This document shows positions 34,298 to 41,078 of a stretch of DNA of 41,078 bases, piece after piece. The stretch is from Octopus bimaculoides (taxonomy: Eukaryota). Under the pieces are notes generated by a model. The model was not told where the DNA came from, searched no databases, and saw nothing but the letters and a program-made list of their open reading frames with translations. The DNA lies in NCBI RefSeq assembly GCF_001194135.2, contig NC_068982.1, positions 57,255,327 through 57,296,404 of the forward strand, in the 5' to 3' direction. Positions within the stretch are counted from its first letter, which is position 1. Each line of letters begins with the position of its first letter. The position numbers and the translations under genes are program-made.

Positions 34298-35490
34298 CTA
34301 TGTATATTTCCTATTTAGTTTTGGGGAAGCTTCATTTATGAGGACATACTCCTGTATTTGTCTGAGTGTTGGGTCTTTTGGGTGCTTGCATAAGATGCGG
34401 ATGTCAAGCTGACCCAGGTTGCCTCCATGTTGGTCCTTGGCATGTTGGTAGAGTATGGAGAACTGGTTTTTTTTTGTCATCATATTGTCTCAAATGTTCA
34501 TTTAGTCGTTCCGCAATGCTCCTAGATGTCTCCCCTATGTACGTCACGTTCATGTCTTTACAAGCACCTTCTATGCATCTTATGCTGTAAACTACGTTTG
34601 TAGTTCTACAGTTAATGTCAGGGCTAATCCTACATACCATGCAGTTATCATTGGTACATAGTTGTGATTTGACGGCGTTTCCTGGATTTTCATCAATCTT
34701 AATTTTGACTTTGGTCTCCTTCAGGGTTTTTCTAAATCTACGAGCTAGTTCTCCATGCGCTGTGGCCTTTACAAACATCACTCCTTGATATTTGTCAGAT
34801 TTATACGTGTTCACACTGTTTGCTTTGTCACAAGTTCTTTGTATCCTATTCCAGTCTTTGTTTCTATATCTAGGGCAGTTACCACTGGTATCATTACGTA
34901 TAATGTTATCTAAGTTCCTTCTAGCACCCCTGTATACTCGAACCCTATCTTTCTGATCATATCCAGAGAATTGCATGCGGTGCATGCAGTTCTATATGTT
35001 TTTTCGTTTCATAGGGTTCGCATAGTGGGGACACGTTGTTCATTATCCTAACTAAGTTTGCTATCAGTATGTTAATCTTCATGTTGTGTGACAAAGCTGA
35101 GTTCTTGTGAACAACATTTTGAAGCTATGGGTTTCATATAATAGGAGTGGAGGAGCTGCACTCTATTGTTCACAGTTTCTAACCAAAGTTCAGTATCAAG
35201 AACGGGGAGTCTATTGTTGGGGTGCCTAGTGGGGTAATCTATAGTTACCTTAATACTTTGGTGGAAGGAGTTAGCTCCTTGCTGGATGGTCTCCATTACG
35301 TTCCTTTCAGTTTCTACACTACCGTTACGAGAGTTAGTCCTATGATATTAATGTCTACATATCTACTGTAGAGTAGAAGAGTTGTGGACTGTTCTGATAA
35401 CATATGCTTAAGTTTTCTGTCCCACTAGGTCATGAAGAGGCCGGCTACATCTCCAGCTACACCGACACCGATGGCTGCACTTTGAACCTG
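34298..35490 (-). mobile_element. Penelope-like element relic: RT C-terminal half, Cys linker, GIY-YIG endonuclease
   Basis: Minus peptides AIGVGVAGDVAGLFMT*WDRKL..YSRYVDINII (RT motif, one Asp lost), TIDYPTRHPNNRLPVLD, CTNDNCMVC..CRTTNVVYSIRC..YIGETSRSIAERLNEH and RQIQEYVLINE. The Cys linker suggests the Neptune group (inference). Confidence 0.9.
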
Positions 35491-35681
35491 CATGTATAGT
35501 TTTTTGTTAAACTTTACTGTGGTTCTTCAAGGTGGTTTTTACACGTCCACACATATGGAGATGCACATCCATCCATACATACATACAAACACGGTACAGA
35601 GTTGCAAAACGAACACACGCGCGCACACTCAGACATGCACACACAAGGAGACAGAGGTACACACACAAACATATACAAACA

Positions 35682-35723
<42 letters not shown>

Positions 35724-35874
35724 NNNNNNNNNNAAGGAACGCAGTTTGAATAACGGACAGTCAAAACTGTTGTAAGACACAACGAAAAAGTTAGAAAAGT
35801 AAAAAAGAAAGGTGTAAATTTTACCAGTGGGTGTGTTAAATTATAAAAAATCTTACAAACCAAATCCCAAAACC

Positions 35875-35910
<36 letters not shown>

Positions 35911-36170
35911 ATTAGCAGATACATTTTATACTCTCTGAATATACTTCAGCTATTCGAATTATTTTCGAGGGTGAATCGAGTGCACGGCACTGCAGAGCAG
36001 AAATAACTGCAAAATGTCGATATTTTTCGTTCTTCTTCACCGCCGGAGCGATTTGCTTCACCTGGCTTTGAAGTAGGTGACATTGATAATGTTTACATTA
36101 TAGCATTATAAAGCTGCTCCTAACTCAAAATGTGAGTGCTTGCAAACACACACACACACACACACACACA

Positions 36171-36216
<46 letters not shown>

Positions 36217-36954
36217 TTTTTTTTTTTTTGCCCACAAGTGGCCAACACAGAGGGGACAATACAACCACATATATACATACATACATACATACATACATAC
36301 AGATACATGCTTTTGTTGAATGTCATTGTTCAAAGAATTATACAAAATTTGTTGAAATACAGGTGTGGATCAGTTCAGACGTCAATACACAAAGCAAATC
36401 ATAACAAAATGGCTTCGTATTGCTGTTTTAGCCTTTTGCTTACTTCATTCATCAGACTGCAGCGAAGCTGGCGGGAATGGAATTCATTGTGTTTTCTTAA
36501 TGAGGATGCAATACATTGTATCTACTTAATGCAGATTCAATGTTTTATTTTAATTTTGTATATTTATTGTTGAAAAAATGAGATAATATATATTAACTAT
36601 ATTATATGACTCACATTTATGTTATCGAAGAAATGTTTATATATGATATAACCAGAACAGCACTTACTAACTTTGTAGGGTTACCAAGGCTGGTAATAGA
36701 AAAGAGAACGTATCTTTGAGACTGAAAATCTTATTCGATTCCTTTAAACAAAAGTATACGAAGGACCAGGTAGAAGTGATAAGGGTTAAGTCAGGTGATG
36801 GATTACGACTGCCAGCCAAATTTGGAGGAATGCAAACAAAAGCAACTGCACTGGAGTTCGAATTCAAAACTTTCAAAAGCAGAATTAAAGTTTGCAATCT
36901 TTTTAACCAGAAACTCGCCTGTTTCTACGTCTCCACTCTCGGTAATCCTTTCTG

Positions 36955-37200
36955 GTAAAGGCACAAGGTTTGAAACTTTGGGGGAGGAAGCTAATTAATT
37001 ACATCAACCCCGGTGCTTGACTGGTACTTATTTCATCGACCCAAAATAGATGGAAGGTAGTCGACCTCGTCGAAATTTGAACTCAGAACATGAAGACGGA
37101 CGAAATACTGCTAAGCAATTTGTCCAGTGTGAAAACTCGATTACATCGTACCCCATACTTGACCGGCGCTTATTTCATCGACCCCGAAAAGCTGAAAGGT
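36955..37200 (-). mobile_element. SINE family B copy plus adjacent fragment
   Basis: GGCACAAGG..GTCGACCTCGTCGAAATTTGAACTCAGAAC; second TCGACCCCGAAA fragment at 37136-37200. Confidence 0.8.
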
Positions 37201-37836
37201 ATTATGTCCGGCGTAGGAAAGGTTATTCCAGGCTAGCCACTTTAAAGACTTTATTTAATACTAATAAATTATATGTAGCTATTAACGTTTAAAATTCTAA
37301 ATGACACCATTACACTTCAGTTACACCGCTAATTCTCTTACAAAATGCATAAATGTTACATTTTCATTTCTGTCCTTTCTGTCCTGTAAGTCCTTTGATG
37401 TAAAACTAAAGCAGTATCATTGAGTTATCTATTAGAAAAACAAAAAACAAAAAGTTGAATCAATAAAACATGTCATAAGAATGTCTAGTTTCACAGTTCA
37501 TTCAATACAATTACATGATGTGCTGAGAGCACTGGGCATAGCTAATAGCAGTCACATAGTTATTATCTAATTATTTATTCACATGCAGTGTACTACTGTA
37601 TTGTAGCGGTATTCTCTTGACAAATCGACCCTTGACTACGTTGCGATTTCTCAGTTAGAACGCTATATCGGCCGAAAAAATAAGTGCATTGGCATCGGGC
37701 CAACATGGAAGCAGGAACATGATCGCTTGATCTGCTAGAAATAGCAGCAAAACCTCCTTCAAGCTACACCTTACTTTTTAAGTAATAAAGAAACGGCTCG
37801 TTGGACAAGGTTTTTTCAGGTGTGTGCACTACCGTA

Positions 37837-38070
37837 ATGGGTCGTTCGGAAAGTTCGTGACGATTTTTAAAGGAAAAGAAAAAAAAAAGGTCAATAAATA
37901 CTTGCCATTACATTTTTAATCAACCAAATATGAACCATTTTGTTGCACAATGCGTCTCCATCTTTTCTTTAACTTGAAAATACCCTCTTCCCAGAATTGA
38001 GGTGATTTCATGGCAAATAAGTCGAAAGGTAAGCTACTATAAATCGACACAAATTTTCCGGACAACCCAA
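37837..38070 (-). mobile_element. internally deleted mariner (MITE-like)
   Basis: TA flanks (37835-36, 38071-72); ~30-bp imperfect TIRs ATGGGTCGTTCGGAAAGTTCGTGACGATTT / AAATCGACACAAATTTTCCGGACAACCCAA; internal FWEEGIFKLKKRWRRIVQQNGSY is a mariner C-terminus. Confidence 0.85.
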
Positions 38071-38325
38071 TAGATATCTGCTTGATTTGGGCAACAGTAA
38101 ACAACAATAATAATGTGTATTTGATACCTCAATTTCTTTTTTCCTTTCTATATAAATCTGATGCTTCCTGCTTAATAACAAAAGGAAGCTATTCATTATC
38201 ATCTTTTTTTTTTTTTTTTTAATATTCAAGAGTGTTAGAGAATTTTCACATCATTAGTCGTGTCTTTCTACCATCAGCCGTGTTTTCATTGTGTGCACGT
38301 TTTCTTTCTTGAATACTGTTATGGT

Positions 38326-38718
38326 GTGGAGGCGCAATGGCCCAGTGGTTAGGGCAGCGGACTCGCGGTCATAGGATCGCGGTTTCGATTCCCAGACCGG
38401 GCGTTGTGAGTGTTTATTGAGCGAAAACACCTAAAGCTTCACGAGGCTCCGGCAGGGAATGGTGGCGAACCCTGCTGTACTCTTTCACCACAACTTTCTC
38501 TCACTCTTTCTTCCTGTTTCTGTTGTACCTGTAATTCAAAGGGCCAGCCTTGTCACACTGTGTCACGCTGAATATCCCCGAGAACTACGTTAAGGGAACA
38601 CGTGTCTGTGGAGTGCTCAGCCACTTGCACTTTAATTTCACGAGTAGGCTGGTCTGTTGATCGGATCAACTGGAACCCTCGACGTCGTAAGCGACGGAGT
38701 GCCAACAATAACAGCAAT
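38326..38718 (+). mobile_element. tRNA-derived SINE family A, full length
   Basis: Highly similar to 21465-21849; 9-bp TSD TGTTATGGT (38317-38325, 38719-38727). Confidence 0.95.
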
Positions 38719-39130
38719 TGTTATGGTACTATGAGCCATGTTAGTAAACGATTATGGTGAGTTCGATGCTCTTGTTGAAGCTTTTCTCTTTTAGTCCATG
38801 TTCTACTTAGTAACACAGGAAATAAGAATTTATCGCAGTCAATGATTTATAATAATGCTACAAGAGTGAAGGCCCTTACAAATACATATCACTTGTTCCT
38901 ATCACTTCATAAAAATATACAGCAATCATTTTGCGATTTCCGCAGTCAAACGAGAGATAACTCCACGTACTAATAGGAAGCATATCACCCTCAGAACGCA
39001 TTCGTTTCTAACTTTTCTCGACGTGGGTGTTGGAAATATTTTAGTCGGACGTGGGTTATTTTACAATGCGTAGTAAGTAACGCTTGAATAAAATTTGCAA
39101 TAAAAGTTTTAACTAAAATTACTTTTGAAT

Positions 39131-39457
39131 ATATATGTGTGTGTATATGTGTGTATGCATGTGTGTGTATGTGTGTGTGTATGTATATAAATGTGCGTGT
39201 GTATCTATCTATATATGTATATGTGTGTGTATATATATGTATATGTGTGTGTGTATATATATGTATATATATGTGTGTGAGTGTATATATATATGTGTAT
39301 GTGTATATGTGTATATATAAGTGTGTGTATGTATGTATATATATATATATGTATGCATGTATGTATGTATGTATGTATATATATATATATATGTATGAAT
39401 ATATATGTATGCATGTATGTATGTATGCATGTATATATATACGTTTGTGTGTCTGAG

Positions 39458-39490
<33 letters not shown>

Positions 39491-39556
39491 ATGAATATAT
39501 ATGTATGCATGTATGTATGTATGCATGTATATATATATATACGTGTGTGTGTCTGA

Positions 39557-39614
<58 letters not shown>

Positions 39615-39625
39615 ATGTATGCATT
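39131..39625. repeat. complex (TA)/(TG)/(TATG) microsatellite with ~100-bp tandem duplication
   Basis: CGT(T/G)TGTGTGTCTGAGTAT at 39442 and 39542. Confidence 0.9.
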
Positions 39626-41078
39626 AGGCTGTAGACTAACCCGTTCATTTTATAGAGGTGATGCAAAAACGTTGAGAAATACTGCTTTACACCTTCTAAA
39701 TAAGAGTGGATATTGTACGGTGTAACCATAAATATATAAAATAATGACATGGTAGCTACTGGAACACGTGAAACTATACATCTACTCGATCAGGAAACAC
39801 CTGAGATTAAACGATAACTATTTACAAACTACCTGCGCTGTTCCGAGATAAAATAAGTTTGTTGAATTAAGCTCACTCTCTGTCATAGGTGCAACGTTGC
39901 ATAATTCGGAGACAAGAGTAAGAACTCGTAGATTTTTATTTAAATAACCGTCATATTATTTATCTAGTATATCATTTAAACACGACATGCTGTGAGATGA
40001 TGAAGCTTATAAATATACATAAGCATACACATGCACACAAACACACGCATAGAAAACAACACCAAATTTTAAAAATGCATTCAAAATTAAGATTTTGAGT
40101 TCGAATTTGTGGTAATTTTCGGAAGGTGAAAATAAAAGGAAGGAAAAGAAAAATGAAGATAAAACACGAAATATAACTTTATAAAAGCTAGAATCAATAA
40201 AATGCAATTTTTTTCTAAAAATGAAAAACAGCACGCTAAAAACGATAAAAACATAACAAAAACAAGTAGAAAAAACAAACAAAACACAAAACAAAGATAA
40301 AACCGAAAAAGATATTGCACGCAGCGACGTAGCAAACTATATTCAAAACAATATTCGTGTCTGTTTATAAGCGACAAAATGTCTACCAGTTATCTATGAT
40401 GCTAGCAGAATATAAGTGACATATCTCCATCTCTCTTCTCTCTCTATTTAACAATCTAGTACCGACAAGGGCCTGAACTCCACTAGTCGACGCCTTATTC
40501 AGTCGCAGTGATGCTTTAACAGCAGTTCAATTGTCTCCACACATGAAACGACTAGCTTCAATTAGAACCATTATTGTCTTAACAGTGCACTACAGCCGGA
40601 AATTAAGATAACTTTTGCACATTTCGATAGAATCTCGAAATGTAGTTGTTCTTGATCTTGTTGTTCTTAGTTTTGTTATGAAGATTTTTTTAACTGATTT
40701 TTGTTTTGTGGTTATTTTATTATTTGCTTATAATATATATATATATATATATACATGTATAAATATATACACATATATATTTCTTATTTGTTTTCTACTA
40801 TTCTTCTTCCTCTTACTGATTATTATTATTATTATTATTATTTGTCTATTCTGTGAACTACAGAAGTACTTGCTTTTAAGAAGTGAAGGAACATTGAGGA
40901 AAAAGAAAAAAAAATGAAATAGAAGAACGCGACTGATGATTGGAAGAAAAAAGAAAAGAAACGAGATAGCTAGTGATGAGAGGAGGAAGAGAGTGTGGTA
41001 AATACAAAGTACTGGAGTGACATTGCTAAGAATTGAGACGGCACGATGGTGAAATGAAAGATAGATCCTATATATATA

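Noticed and set aside
36362-36530. Signal-peptide-like frame ending ..SEAGGNG, loosely similar to ORF 20696-20932; GGNG neuropeptide considered
   Set aside because: Lacks the C-x-G-x-W-A-I-H-x-C core and dibasic sites; similarity is within chance for hydrophobic stretches; no compatible splice phase to the next candidate exon.

Overview
This is AT-rich, repeat-dense eukaryotic scaffold sequence with five N gaps. Its SINE families and microsatellite load look like an octopus/cephalopod genome, which is inference from recalled repeat families and not a database hit. No intact protein-coding gene, tRNA, rRNA or CRISPR array can be supported, and most ORF-track entries are microsatellite or gap artefacts. 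The window holds three tRNA-derived SINE families, mariner relics, several MITEs, a long foldback element, a palindromic 262-bp tandem repeat and a decayed Penelope-like RT/GIY-YIG ORF. The top finding is a 1.6-kb retroelement (16624-18230) bounded by a 24-bp target-site duplication. It has a 5' UTR, only a gag/ORF1-like CCHC-knuckle frame with no ORF2, and a 3' tail shared with one SINE subfamily. That suggests a half-LINE (HAL1-like) parasite using the same LINE as the SINE. A distant ORF1 paralogue lies at ~27.5-29.35 kb. The second highlight is a set of minimal, dimer-type hammerhead ribozyme motifs with variant cores, in Penelope-type terminal repeats that occur back-to-back at two loci.
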